From Sedimentisphaerales bacterium (lineage in GTDB: Bacteria; Planctomycetota; Phycisphaerae; Sedimentisphaerales; Anaerobacaceae): a stretch of DNA of 64,000 nucleotides. The notes beneath the pieces were generated by a model. That model saw nothing but the letters and a program-made list of their open reading frames with translations, was not told where the DNA came from and ran no database searches. The position numbers and the translations under genes were made by a program. The first letter of the stretch is position 1, and the number at the start of each line of letters is the position of its first letter. Positions 29,255 to 39,703 of the stretch are shown in pieces. The DNA is taken from positions 640,001 to 704,000 of the forward strand of contig OY970194.1 of assembly GCA_963708075.1 (NCBI GenBank). The letters run 5' to 3'.

Positions 29255-30964
29255 ATGCCGAGTGGGATGACGCCAAAGCTGCCTTCGATGCAACTGCGGG
29301 AATTGCAGGCGTTGGGAGAGCGCATCCTCCAGTTCCGCGTCAACTTCGCGGTTGTGGACGCAGGGGGTCAGATTGCCATACTCCTGAACGCGGGAGTGTT
29401 CGACAGCGACGCTCAGGAGATCATCGGTGTGGCCCGGCGCGTGCTCGGGGACACCGCGGATCGCTCCGGCCAGAGCAGTGAGATGCCGGTCTGGCAGTTC
29501 ATGGAAGGCCATCTGTTTCTGGCGGTATCCCTGGCTGCACCGCCGCCGGCGGCGGGTTCTCGCGAGCCGCTGGGCGTGGCCATCGTCGACATGGGTGATC
29601 CATCGCCCTCGCCGGCCAGTCCTGTGCCACTGTCGCAGAGTGGAGTGAACTGTCCTGCAACCGACGCACAGTACCTTGGTGAAATGCTGAGATTGATCGC
29701 CCGGGATTTCCAGACGGCGGCGCGGACAGACGAGCAGATTGAGATGATCGGCACGGAGCTTGCCCGGGTCTATGAGGAGCTGGTGCTGCTCCACAAGGTC
29801 GGCATGAACATGCGGGTCACGGAATCCGATACGAACTTCCTGCAGCTCGCGTGTGACAGCCTGACGGATATCGTGCTCGTCGAGGGGATTGCCATTCTCC
29901 TGGAGAGATACATCGAGGGCGAGAGGAAGCTGGTGATCGCGGCGGGCTCGGGCCTGATTGATATCGACGAGCGGATGGCGGCCGTTCTGCACAGCCGGCT
30001 GATCGACGAGGTGGCCAAGGGCCGGGAAGCCCTGCTCGACAGCGAGGTGGACGCTCCCTTCAAGTTCCACTGGCCGGAGAACATCCGAAACGTCATTGCC
30101 GTGCCGCTGTGTACGAAGGAGAAAAGCGATTCCGGCTTGAGCCATCGAGCCCGCAGCGACGTTGCCGTCATCGGCCTGATGGTCGCCGTGAACCGCATCG
30201 ATAAACCGGACTTCGATAGTACGGACATCAAGCTGTTTACCTCTGTCGCCAGCGGCTGCGCGGTCTTCATCGATAACGGCCGGCTGTTCCGCGACCTCAA
30301 GGAGCTGTTCGTCGGCTCGCTCAAAGCCCTGACCAGCAGCATCGATGCCAAGGACCAGTACACCCGTGGTCATTCGGAGCGCGTTGCGCTGATCTCCCGG
30401 TGGATTGCCGAGAGGATGGCCGAGCGACAGCCGCTGGATGAGGAGCAAATCCACAGGATCTACCTCGCCGGCCTGCTCCACGACATCGGGAAGATCGGGA
30501 TCGATGAGCAGGTGCTGCGCAAGAACGGCAAGCTGACGCCCGAGGAGCGCGAGTGCATTCAGCGCCATCCATGCATCGGGGCCAGCATTCTGCGTGGAAT
30601 CAAGCAGATGCGCGACATTGTCTCGGGTGTCCTGTGCCACCACGAGCGGGTGGACGGGACAGGGTACCCGGACGGACTGCACGGCGACGAGATTCCGCTG
30701 ACCGGCAAGATCGTCGGTCTGGCGGACAGCTTCGATGCCATGACGTCCCGGCGAGTCTACCGCGATGCCTTGAGCATTGAGCACGCGCTCGAGGAGATCC
30801 GGCGGGGACTGGGCACCCAGTTTGACGAGACGGTGGGGACCGTGTTCCTCGAAAGCGATGTCCACAGCCTGTGGGAGCTGATCCAGGACGGCAGCGCTCA
30901 GATCTACGGAGCGGCGGACCTCGCCGATTATGGGGCGGACGCCGTGGGGACCCTCCTGCGATGA
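29255..30964 (+). CDS. GAF + HD-GYP cyclic di-nucleotide phosphodiesterase (start uncertain)
   Basis: AVPL..VN...FDSTD GAF; DQYTRGHSERV, LHDIGKIG, HHERVDGTGYPDGL, ADSFDAMTS.R.YR, GTQFD. Confidence 0.92.
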   Translation: MPSGMTPKLPSMQLRELQALGERILQFRVNFAVVDAGGQIAILLNAGVFDSDAQEIIGVARRVLGDTADRSGQSSEMPVWQFMEGHLFLAVSLAAPPPAAGSREPLGVAIVDMGDPSPSPASPVPLSQSGVNCPATDAQYLGEMLRLIARDFQTAARTDEQIEMIGTELARVYEELVLLHKVGMNMRVTESDTNFLQLACDSLTDIVLVEGIAILLERYIEGERKLVIAAGSGLIDIDERMAAVLHSRLIDEVAKGREALLDSEVDAPFKFHWPENIRNVIAVPLCTKEKSDSGLSHRARSDVAVIGLMVAVNRIDKPDFDSTDIKLFTSVASGCAVFIDNGRLFRDLKELFVGSLKALTSSIDAKDQYTRGHSERVALISRWIAERMAERQPLDEEQIHRIYLAGLLHDIGKIGIDEQVLRKNGKLTPEERECIQRHPCIGASILRGIKQMRDIVSGVLCHHERVDGTGYPDGLHGDEIPLTGKIVGLADSFDAMTSRRVYRDALSIEHALEEIRRGLGTQFDETVGTVFLESDVHSLWELIQDGSAQIYGAADLADYGADAVGTLLR

Positions 30965-31296
30965 GAATCAATACACAGAACTACAATGCCGTGACGGTCA
31001 TCGATCTCCAGGGCGAGATTGATGGGGACCTTGCCGACTCCCTGAAGAATACCGTGTGCGAGATCGTCTCGAAACGGCGGACAGGTGTTGTTCTGAACAT
31101 GAGTGACGTTGGCTTCATCGACAGCCTGGGCCTTGAGTTGCTGCTCTGGGTGCGTGATTACTGCCGGCGGAACAAGACTCAGCTCCGGCTCGCAGCACTC
31201 AACGAGAACTGCGAGAAGATCCTGGAAATCACGCGCCTGGAGAACGAATTCGACCGCCATACAGAACTGGCGGAGGCGGTCAAGAGCTTTGCATGA
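30961..31296 (+). CDS. STAS domain / anti-sigma factor antagonist
   Basis: LQGEID, VGFIDSLGL (conserved phosphorylatable Ser), ILEITRL; ATGA overlap with HD-GYP. Confidence 0.9.
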   Translation: MRINTQNYNAVTVIDLQGEIDGDLADSLKNTVCEIVSKRRTGVVLNMSDVGFIDSLGLELLLWVRDYCRRNKTQLRLAALNENCEKILEITRLENEFDRHTELAEAVKSFA

Positions 31297-31330
31297 TGCC
31301 GGAAAACGATCGGGCTCGGTGAGGTAGGGT

Positions 31331-33069
31331 ATGAGTCAGGTTCTGCTCGAAACCAAGATGCAGCTCGGCCAGTTACTACTGGCCCGGGGCGTCGTCACTC
31401 AGGAGCAGATCGATAAGGCCCTGGCTGAGCAGCGGGACAAGGGCCATCGCAAGCTGCTTGGTGAGCTGCTCATCGAGATGGGCTACTGCACCGAGAACCA
31501 GATCGCCTCGGCGCTGGCGGAAGCCTACGGCGTACCGTATGCCCAGGTGAGCCCGAAAATCTGCGATGCGAAGGTCGTGGAGATCCTGCCTCGCGAGTTC
31601 GTCGAAGCGCACATCGTTTTGCCCCTGTTCAGAGTGCACAGCACGCTGACCGTGGCCGTCAGCGAGCCGTCCAACGTCTTCCTGATCGATGAGATCGAGC
31701 GAATCAGCGGATGCAAGGTCCAGGTCGTTTGCTCGACGACGAAGGACATCAGGGCCACGCTCCAGACGCACCTGCCGGCGGCGAACGTCTTCGTGATCGA
31801 CGATATCCTCGATGAGGAGGGACTCGAAGAATTCACGCTCATCGAGAACATCACACAGGACATCAGCAATCTGGAGGAGGTGGCGGGTCAGTCGCCGGTG
31901 GTCAAGCTGGTCAACTACCTGCTCTACAATGCCGTGCGGGAGAACGCCAGCGACATCCACATCGAGCCGGACGACAAGAAGCTTCGCGTCCGTTACCGCG
32001 TGGATGGCAAGCTGTACGAGAAGATGCGGCCGCCGTACCAGATGCACCCGGCGATCGTCTCCCGCGTCAAGATCATGGCGGAACTCGATATCGCCCAGCG
32101 ACGGCTCCCGCAGGACGGCGGCATCCACGTGCTCGTCGAAGGCCGCCCCATCGATCTGCGAGTCTCGGTCATGCCGGGCAATTTCGGCGAGAAGGTCGTC
32201 ATCCGCGTGATCGATCCGCACAAGATCCTCTACAATCTCGAAGCGCTCGGCTTCACGTACGACAATCTGCTGCGCTTCCGCCAGGTGATTCAGATCCCGA
32301 ACGGCATCGTCCTGGTTACCGGGCCCACCGGCTCCGGCAAGAATACGACCCTCTACGCGGCACTGTCCGAGTTGAACGGCGAGGAAGTGAACATCTGCAC
32401 GGTCGAGGACCCGGTGGAGTGCAACATCTCCGGCATCAACCAGTTCCAGGTCAATGCCGCGGCGGGATTCGAGTTCTCGACGGCCCTGCGGCATCTGTTG
32501 AGACAGGACCCGGACATCGTCATGGTCGGCGAAATCCGTGACATGGACACGGCCAGCATTGCCGTGCAGGCGGCGCTGACAGGGCACCTGGTGCTGTCCA
32601 CCCTGCACACGAATGATGCTCCGGGCGCTGTGACCCGCCTGCTGGACTTGGGCGTCGCGCCTATCTGGTCAGTGCCTCGCTGCGAGGCGTGCTTGCCCAG
32701 CGGCTGGTCCGCAAAATCTGCACGAACTGCAAAACGGAGTATGAGCCGCCTTCCAGCATTCGCAAGATGGTGGAGGGCGACGCGGGTTGGGTCGGCAAAT
32801 TCTACCGGGGCGTCGGGTGCAAGAAATGCCGCAACACGGGATATACCGGCAGAATTGCCATCCAGGAGCTGTTTGTGCCCGACGATGAGGTCATGGAGAT
32901 GATCAACGATCACGTGAGCACGAAGAAGCTGCGGAGCAAGGCGCTCGAGAAAGGGATGGTGCCGTTGTATGCGGACGGCATCGAAAAAGTGAAAGCCGGC
33001 ATCGTGTCGATCGAGGAGATCCTGCGAACCGCCGCTGTGGATAACCAGGGCGTAATCAGAGAGTTATGA
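31331..33069 (+). CDS. pilB: PilB/GspE assembly ATPase with MshEN-like N-terminus; apparent frameshift at ~32660
   Basis: ASDIHIEP, RRLPQDG, GPTGSGKNTT, TVEDPVE, LRQDPD..VGEIRD, TGHLVLSTLHTND, then in the next frame AQRLVRKICxxC...GCxxC..TGYTGR. Confidence 0.92.
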
Positions 33070-34253
33070 GCCAGTTGCTGACAGAGACACAGGACAGGCA
33101 GGTGGAGACGCTCACAGAGCCGGTCGGATCCGGTCCGCGCCGACGCGCCCATGCCTGCGCCGTCCGACCCGTCCGGTGGTCCCCACGCCTCTACAAGGCC
33201 AGGATCAAAAGCGGAGACCTCATTCTTTTCACGACACAGTTGGCCGTCATGCTCGACAGCGGAGTAGTGCTCAGCGATGCGCTGGACGCCATTTCCGAGC
33301 AGGCGGGCGACGCGAGGTTCAAGGCCATCACTCTCAGTATCTCCGAGCGGGTCAAAGGCGGCGAGAACTTCTCGAAAGCCCTCTCGGTTTATCCTCACAT
33401 TTTCAACCCGATGTTCATCAGTATGGTCAAGGCGTCGGAGGCCTCCGGCACGATGGTCGATATGCTCAACGTGCTCACGGGGTATCTGAACTTCGAGGCC
33501 CAGACCCGAAAACAGATCAGGGGCGCCATGACGTATCCAATCATCATGGTTCTCATGGCCATCGCCGCCACGGGCACCCTGATGTTCTTCGTCCTGCCCC
33601 GGTTCATGAGGATTTACGAGGCCAGGGGAGCGGAGCTGCCGAAGCTCACCCAAGTGCTGGTCGCCGGCAGCAAGATTCTGGGCAATCTGGAGATCATGAC
33701 CGGCATCATCACGAGCGTCGTTGTGCTTGGCGTATTCTTCCACTATTGGTCCGCCACGGTCACCGGCCGGCGGGTGATCGACCGTGTCAAGGTTCGCATC
33801 CCCATCATCGGCACCATGTTCGTGGACATGGTGATCACTCGCAGCATGCGAATCATGGCCACGATGGTCAACACGGGGGTCAAACTGCTGGATGCCATTC
33901 AGGTGATTGAAGGGTCGGTGGACAATTACTACTTCCAGCGGCTCTGGGCCCAGGTGCGTCAGAGAATCCAGGACGGCTACCAATTGTCCGAATCTATCCT
34001 GATTGCGGAAGGGTCGGAGTTGATCGCTCCGGGCATCATCCAGATGCTCCGGGCCGGCGAGAAAAGCGGGCGGCTCGGCGAGGTCTGTGACAAGGTCTCG
34101 GTCTTCTACGAAAAGAAGCTGGAGGCGTCGATCCGGAACGTCATGACGATGATCGAGCCGCTCATGATTACCATCCTTGGCTCCATCATCGGTACCGTCG
34201 CCATCGCGCTGCTGATGCCGGTCTTCCGCATCTCCAGCGTCATCGCGCATTGA
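33066..34253 (+). CDS. pilC: PilC/GspF inner-membrane platform protein
   Basis: FTTQLAVMLDSGV, ASEASG, AMTYP, LPKLTQ, GEKSGRL, IEPLMI..G..VAIALLMP. Confidence 0.93.
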   Translation: MSQLLTETQDRQVETLTEPVGSGPRRRAHACAVRPVRWSPRLYKARIKSGDLILFTTQLAVMLDSGVVLSDALDAISEQAGDARFKAITLSISERVKGGENFSKALSVYPHIFNPMFISMVKASEASGTMVDMLNVLTGYLNFEAQTRKQIRGAMTYPIIMVLMAIAATGTLMFFVLPRFMRIYEARGAELPKLTQVLVAGSKILGNLEIMTGIITSVVVLGVFFHYWSATVTGRRVIDRVKVRIPIIGTMFVDMVITRSMRIMATMVNTGVKLLDAIQVIEGSVDNYYFQRLWAQVRQRIQDGYQLSESILIAEGSELIAPGIIQMLRAGEKSGRLGEVCDKVSVFYEKKLEASIRNVMTMIEPLMITILGSIIGTVAIALLMPVFRISSVIAH

Positions 34254-34269
34254 GATGATCCGAGGACCA

Positions 34270-34869
34270 TCACAGGTTCACGGAGACCAGGACCTTGCGG
34301 CAGGTGCCGTGATTCCCCACGTGGCACAGTGCAAGCTGCGAGGCCGTGAATGGAATTGGGAAAGCGGTATCCGTCTTTGCCTTGCCGTGCCCGAGCGTAA
34401 TATGGGGTGAGAATCGCTCGAATGCAGCCTTCTGCGGGTAATCCCGAATCCACTCCAGTGTCGAGCCTGCAACGGTGTCGTCGGCAATCATCGCCTCAGT
34501 CACATCGTGGCTGAAGAGCGGCTCAAACTCCCGCATCACGGCCTCGTGCAAAGCCTGGAGCTTGTCCGTCCTCTCGATTTCGAGCCATGATGTATGCTCG
34601 CCACGCGAGTCAGTGGAGACAAGGATCCCGGTGGCGCTGAGTTGTCTCACAGGCATTTCCTCCGCGAGTCTTTGCAGCACCTCGCGGATGGAATCGATAT
34701 CGCGTCCATCAATGCATCCCATCGCCAGCGAAATATGCGGTAGACAGGCCTGCTCACTCAGTACGATCTCTGAGCCGTGTTGTCCGACCAACTCCCTGTT
34801 GATCTCTACGACCAGTCGGATCATGTCTCGATCCGGCAAAAGCGCCACATCTGTGGCAATCCGGCCCAT
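34270..34869 (-). CDS. 2H phosphoesterase (2'-5' RNA ligase-like) family
   Basis: Two HxS/T motifs, PHISL and PHITL. Confidence 0.8.
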   Translation of the reverse strand: MGRIATDVALLPDRDMIRLVVEINRELVGQHGSEIVLSEQACLPHISLAMGCIDGRDIDSIREVLQRLAEEMPVRQLSATGILVSTDSRGEHTSWLEIERTDKLQALHEAVMREFEPLFSHDVTEAMIADDTVAGSTLEWIRDYPQKAAFERFSPHITLGHGKAKTDTAFPIPFTASQLALCHVGNHGTCRKVLVSVNL

Positions 34870-35029
34870 GTCATTTTGCCTCACTGGCGGAAGTCCTCTC
34901 GTTTGGTGTACCGGGCACAGGCCCTGCAGCGCTTATCCTTGTAACCTGGAACTCTCCTGCGACGAAATATACTATGAATGTGATGATCGTTGCTGTCGTC
35001 ATGGGAGCCGTCCGCAAGGCAGTGTCAGG

Positions 35030-35401
35030 CTAGTGGTTTTCGAGGACCTCCTCGTCCGCCTCCCGCCACGCAGGGTCCACGATGCACAGAAAAACCAAGT
35101 CATCCTTGCCCGTATTCAGGATATGTTGGACGGAGCCGGGAGGAATGTAGATCGCACAGTCCGGCTCGACGTCGGCTGCTTCCGCGTCGATGTGCATCCT
35201 GCCGCGGCCGCTGAGAATGTAGTATACTTCCGCCGTCTTGAGCTGATGGGCTTTCGTTTTCTCACCGGCTGCGACTCTCGCATGGGCGAGACTGTACCGA
35301 ATCGCGAGGTCTGCCTTGTCCGGGTGAAGGAACTCTCGCAGAATGGAGCCATCGCCCGCCACGAATTGCTCACAGTCTCTCAGCCGGCGTACCCGCATCA
35401 T
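35030..35401 (-). CDS. Cupin domain protein
   Basis: H.L..AEVYYILSGRG, IYIPPG..QHI.NTG; ATGA overlap with nupC stop. Confidence 0.85.
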   Translation of the reverse strand: MMRVRRLRDCEQFVAGDGSILREFLHPDKADLAIRYSLAHARVAAGEKTKAHQLKTAEVYYILSGRGRMHIDAEAADVEPDCAIYIPPGSVQHILNTGKDDLVFLCIVDPAWREADEEVLENH

Positions 35402-36712
35402 GAGCCTCCCAGCAGGATCGAGCCCTCGGTGAAGAACGTCCCCGCCACGGCGGCGGTCATCAGGCAGGCGAGGGTGGCGGCGATCAGCGCTCGCACGGCG
35501 ATTGGCCCGACGTTCTTTGTGAGCGACGGGGCCAGGGCGCAGGCGCTTCCGACGAAAATGGCCATGGACGCGATGTGGGCAAATCCGCACAGTGCGTACG
35601 TTGTGATGACGACTGACCGGGGATCGTGCAGCAAGCCCTGCTTCATCGCCTCCGCGAGGTCACTGTAGGAGACTACTTCCGTGACGATCAACCGCTCGCC
35701 GATGATGCGGGAAACCTCGCCGGCGTCACTGGGCGGCACACCCAGCGCCAGCGTCAGCGGGTAGAAGAGATAGGCGAACAGGCCTCGCAGTGACCACTGG
35801 CCTTCGAGAACCGAGCAATGGGTTGATGAGATTGCCGAGACTTGACAATCCCAAGTCCACAAGGGCGACCAGGCCCAACACCGCGATCAGCAGGGCGACG
35901 ATACCGGCAATCATCCGCACGCCGGCATTGGCACCGTTGATGATGGCCTCAAACAGGCTGCTGTCCTTCTCATAATAAGGCTCTACGTGCACGCCGAGCG
36001 TTTCCGGCTTCTGTCCCTCGGGTAGCATGACCTTGGACATGACCAGGGCGGCGGGGGCCGACAGTAACGATGCTGAGATCAGGTGTCCCGCGATCGTGGG
36101 GAACTGGTCCTGCAGGGTCAGCACGTAGAGCGCCAGCACGTTTGATGCAACGGTCGCCATCCCCGCCGTGAGAACGGTGCAGACCTCCGAGCGTGTCATA
36201 CGCGGCAGATAGGGCTTGATAGTCAGCATCGATTCGACGCCCACGAAGATGTTGCTGGCTGTCACGAGCGACTCCGCTCCGGACACCCGCATCAGGCGAG
36301 TGAAGACCCACGCAAAGCCCTTGATCAGCAGCGGCATGATTCGCACATAGTACAGAATCGCAATCAGAGCCGAAAAGAAGATGATCGTCGGGAATGCCTG
36401 GAAGGCCAGCATGAAGCCGAGTGATTCCGCTCCATCCGTGCCGACCTGTCCCGGCCCGAGCGCCAGCCGGCCGAAGACGAACCGGGCCCCTTCCCCCGCG
36501 GAGTCGAGAATCTTGACGACCACGTCGTTGACGACGAGGAAGACCTTTGTCCCAGCCGGAACTCTGAAGATGAAGCCTGCCAGCAGCAACTGCAGGCCGA
36601 TCGCCCAGCCGATCAGCCGCCAGTTCATGTTCCGCCGATCCGACGACAGAACCCATGCCACCCCCAGCAAGATGAAGATCCCGATGAAGCTGACGAAGTT
36701 ATAGATACCCAT
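35398..36712 (-). CDS. CNT/NupC nucleoside transporter; apparent frameshift at ~35809
   Basis: AFPTIIFFSAL, NIFVG.ES, GMATVA, ASLLSAPAAL, then in the next frame YALCGFAHIAS, LACLMTAAVAG. Confidence 0.9.
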
Positions 36713-36769
36713 ACGCCCGCATTCTACCCGCCACCAGATGCTCTGGCTATCGTCTTGCCCGCCGCCGGC

Positions 36770-39310
36770 CTACTGCGCCCACTTGACCATCTCAGGATAG
36801 AGGTCCTGCAGGATCGGCGAGGCGGGCTTGATGCGGGCATTCATGCTGAACAGTCCGCGGCCTGCCATCTCTAACTCACACTCGAAGACGATGGCGACCG
36901 TTCCCACGTTCCTGGGTCGCATCGGGATGATCTTGTGCTCGTTCTGATCATGCAGCAGGCAGAACAGCTCGACCGTGAACAAGTCCGGCGGGGCCCCATG
37001 CAGACGCAGCTCGCATGTGATCTTGACTCGCTCGCCCTCTGTGACGACTTCCTTCTTGTCCACGCTCGTGGCAAGTCCCCCGATGGCGATTCGATCCCAA
37101 TATGTCTGCACCTCCTGCATGCTGCGCAGGGCATGCCGCAGCGAAGCGTAGTTCTCACGAGTAAGGGCATCGAGGGCGGTCGTGGCCGGCATGTACAGTT
37201 TGTCGGTGTACTCTGCAAAGACCCGACCCATGTTGAATCGGCAGCCGACGGAGGAGATGGATTCCTTCATCATCTCGGTCCACCGGACGGGGACGCCGGC
37301 CTCGTTGCGGTCGTAAAACGACTCCGTGATGCTCTCCTCGATCAGGTCGTAAATCTGCGCGGCCTCCGCTGCTTCCTGCATCTCCAACTGGCTGTGGTAT
37401 CCGGCCCCTGTGATGGCCCAGCCGTTCTTGCCGTTGTACGCCTCGGGCCACCAGCCATCCAGGACGCTCATGTTCAGCACCCCGTTCAATGCCGCCTTCA
37501 TGCCCGAGGTCCCGCTTGCCTCATTCTCACGGATGGGATTGTTGAGCCACACATCCGCGCCCCAGACCAGGTGCCTGGCGACGTTGATGTCGTAATTCTC
37601 GACAAAGACGACGCGATCCTCCAGTTGGTACGTCTTCGCAAAGTCGACAATCTCCTTGATCATGCTCTTGCCCAATTCGTCCGCCGGATGCGCCTTGCCG
37701 GCAAAAATGAGCTGCACGGGCTTCGTGGAGTTGCTCAGGATCTTCGCCAGGCGGTCCTTGTCTTTCAGGATGAGCGTCGGTCTCTTGTATCGGGCGAACC
37801 GTCTCGCAAAGACGATCGTCAGGTACTCCGGGTTGAGCGCCCGCGTCAGCTTCAGAATCTTGGGCTCGACGTACCCTCTGGCCGCAAGGTCGTCCGCGAG
37901 TTTCTTGCGGATGAAGGTGATCAGGCTCTGCTTATTGCGGTGGTGGGCCTGCCACATCTCCTCATCGTCCACCCCGAGCACGTCCGCCCATCGTTCAGGC
38001 CTGTCGGGGCAGCGGATGTAATCCGGGCCGATATGCCGTTCGAGCAACTGGTTGATCGGTTCGCTCACCCACGAGTAATGGACGCCATTGGTGACATATC
38101 CCACCGGGATTTCCGTCTCCGGGCGCTCGGGGAACAGGCTCGACCACATCCGCCGGGACACGTCCCGATGCAGTTTCGATACGGCATTGACATGGCTGGA
38201 GAATCGCATCGCAAACGCCGGCAGCCAGAAGACTCTCTTCTCGGCATTGATGAATCCGTGAGCCACCAGATCATCCCAGGAAACATCCAGCGACTCCACC
38301 TCCCGTTCGAGGTACTGGCGGACCAGATCGACATCGAAGCTTTCGTTGCCGGCGACCACAGGCGTGTGGGTGGTGAACACGGTGGAAGCGCGGATGACGG
38401 CCTTGGCCTCCTGGAAGCTGAGGTGGTCCCGGTTCATCAATCTCTGCAGCCGCGCGACGATCAGAAAGGTGGAGTGGCCTTCATTGATGTGATAGATCCT
38501 CGGCTTGATGCCCAGGCGTTCGAGCGCGGTGATGCCGCCGATTCCGAGGACGAGTTCCTGCTGCAGCCGCTTGGCCCGGTCCCCAACATACAGCTCGTGG
38601 GTAATGTCCCTCAGGTGCGGGGGGTTCTCCTCAATGTCCGTGTCAAGCAGGACCAGCCGGGTCTTGCCGACGTCCATCTCCCACAACTTGATCTTCAGAG
38701 GCTGATCGAGGATCCGCATCTCGAGATAGGCCGTCTCACCTTCCGGCGACCGCAGCTCCCGCATCGGGATGAAATGATTGTCGAACTCGAGGAACAACTC
38801 CTCCTGCTCGCCGTTGATGCCGATCCGCTGAGTGAAGTACCCGTATTTGTAGATCAAGCCGATGCCGACCAGGGGTACGTTCAGGTCCGAGGCGGCCTTG
38901 AGAAAATCGCCGGACAGAACGCCCAGACCCCCGCCGTAGATCGGAATGCACTCGTGCAGCCCGAATTCCATGGCAAAGTAGGCGACGACGTCATCAGGCT
39001 CCAATGTCCCGCCACGGGCGGTGTGGAACTGCTCGCTGTACCGCATATACTCTTCGTATCGCTGACACACCTTGTCCAATTCGAATAAGAAGCCTCGATC
39101 CTTGGACAGTTGTGCAATGCGTTCGGTAGGCAGGCTGAGCAGGAACTGGACAGGATTATGGTTGACCGCCCGGAAGAGTTGCCCGTCGATCCGGTAGAAC
39201 AGGCGGATCGCGTCATAATTCCAGGTGCACCAGAGGTTGTAGGCGAGTGCGTGGAGCTTCTTCAGATTGTCCGGAAGCTTGGGATAGACAAAGATATTCT
39301 TCTGGATCAT
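36770..39310 (-). CDS. glgP: Alpha-glucan (glycogen) phosphorylase
   Basis: AYFAMEFG, GGLGVLSGD, HINEGH, FTTHTP, VTNGVH, ARRFARYKR, GKAHP, EASGTSGMKA. Confidence 0.96.
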   Translation of the reverse strand: MIQKNIFVYPKLPDNLKKLHALAYNLWCTWNYDAIRLFYRIDGQLFRAVNHNPVQFLLSLPTERIAQLSKDRGFLFELDKVCQRYEEYMRYSEQFHTARGGTLEPDDVVAYFAMEFGLHECIPIYGGGLGVLSGDFLKAASDLNVPLVGIGLIYKYGYFTQRIGINGEQEELFLEFDNHFIPMRELRSPEGETAYLEMRILDQPLKIKLWEMDVGKTRLVLLDTDIEENPPHLRDITHELYVGDRAKRLQQELVLGIGGITALERLGIKPRIYHINEGHSTFLIVARLQRLMNRDHLSFQEAKAVIRASTVFTTHTPVVAGNESFDVDLVRQYLEREVESLDVSWDDLVAHGFINAEKRVFWLPAFAMRFSSHVNAVSKLHRDVSRRMWSSLFPERPETEIPVGYVTNGVHYSWVSEPINQLLERHIGPDYIRCPDRPERWADVLGVDDEEMWQAHHRNKQSLITFIRKKLADDLAARGYVEPKILKLTRALNPEYLTIVFARRFARYKRPTLILKDKDRLAKILSNSTKPVQLIFAGKAHPADELGKSMIKEIVDFAKTYQLEDRVVFVENYDINVARHLVWGADVWLNNPIRENEASGTSGMKAALNGVLNMSVLDGWWPEAYNGKNGWAITGAGYHSQLEMQEAAEAAQIYDLIEESITESFYDRNEAGVPVRWTEMMKESISSVGCRFNMGRVFAEYTDKLYMPATTALDALTRENYASLRHALRSMQEVQTYWDRIAIGGLATSVDKKEVVTEGERVKITCELRLHGAPPDLFTVELFCLLHDQNEHKIIPMRPRNVGTVAIVFECELEMAGRGLFSMNARIKPASPILQDLYPEMVKWAQ

Positions 39311-39703
39311 TTCCTTATGTCTCCAATTTGAGCTCGTGCGTCGTTCGGTTGCGGCAGCATCCTGTTCTGCCCTCAGACTATCGCTTCAGTCTGTGTTCAA
39401 CGAGGTCCGGCGGAGCGGACACGTTTCACTCACAGGTTCTCCTGTTTTGGATGCATTTTACCTGTTGGTCCTGCACCGAGTCCACAAGGAAACATCGGAA
39501 CCGTAAGATTGCAGGATTCCACATCGCAGGGGCCGGTAAAATGGCGTGTGAAGTCGTGGGACAGGTGAATCCCGCCGGCCGGTGGCTTGACCGACCAGCG
39601 CAGGGGGAGTATTCTGTGAATCTCGCCGTTCGGGAGTAACCAGACCGACGGCACTGGGCGGCTCTTGTTAGGATCAGCGTGAGATCTTGCAGAAAGGTGG
39701 GAC

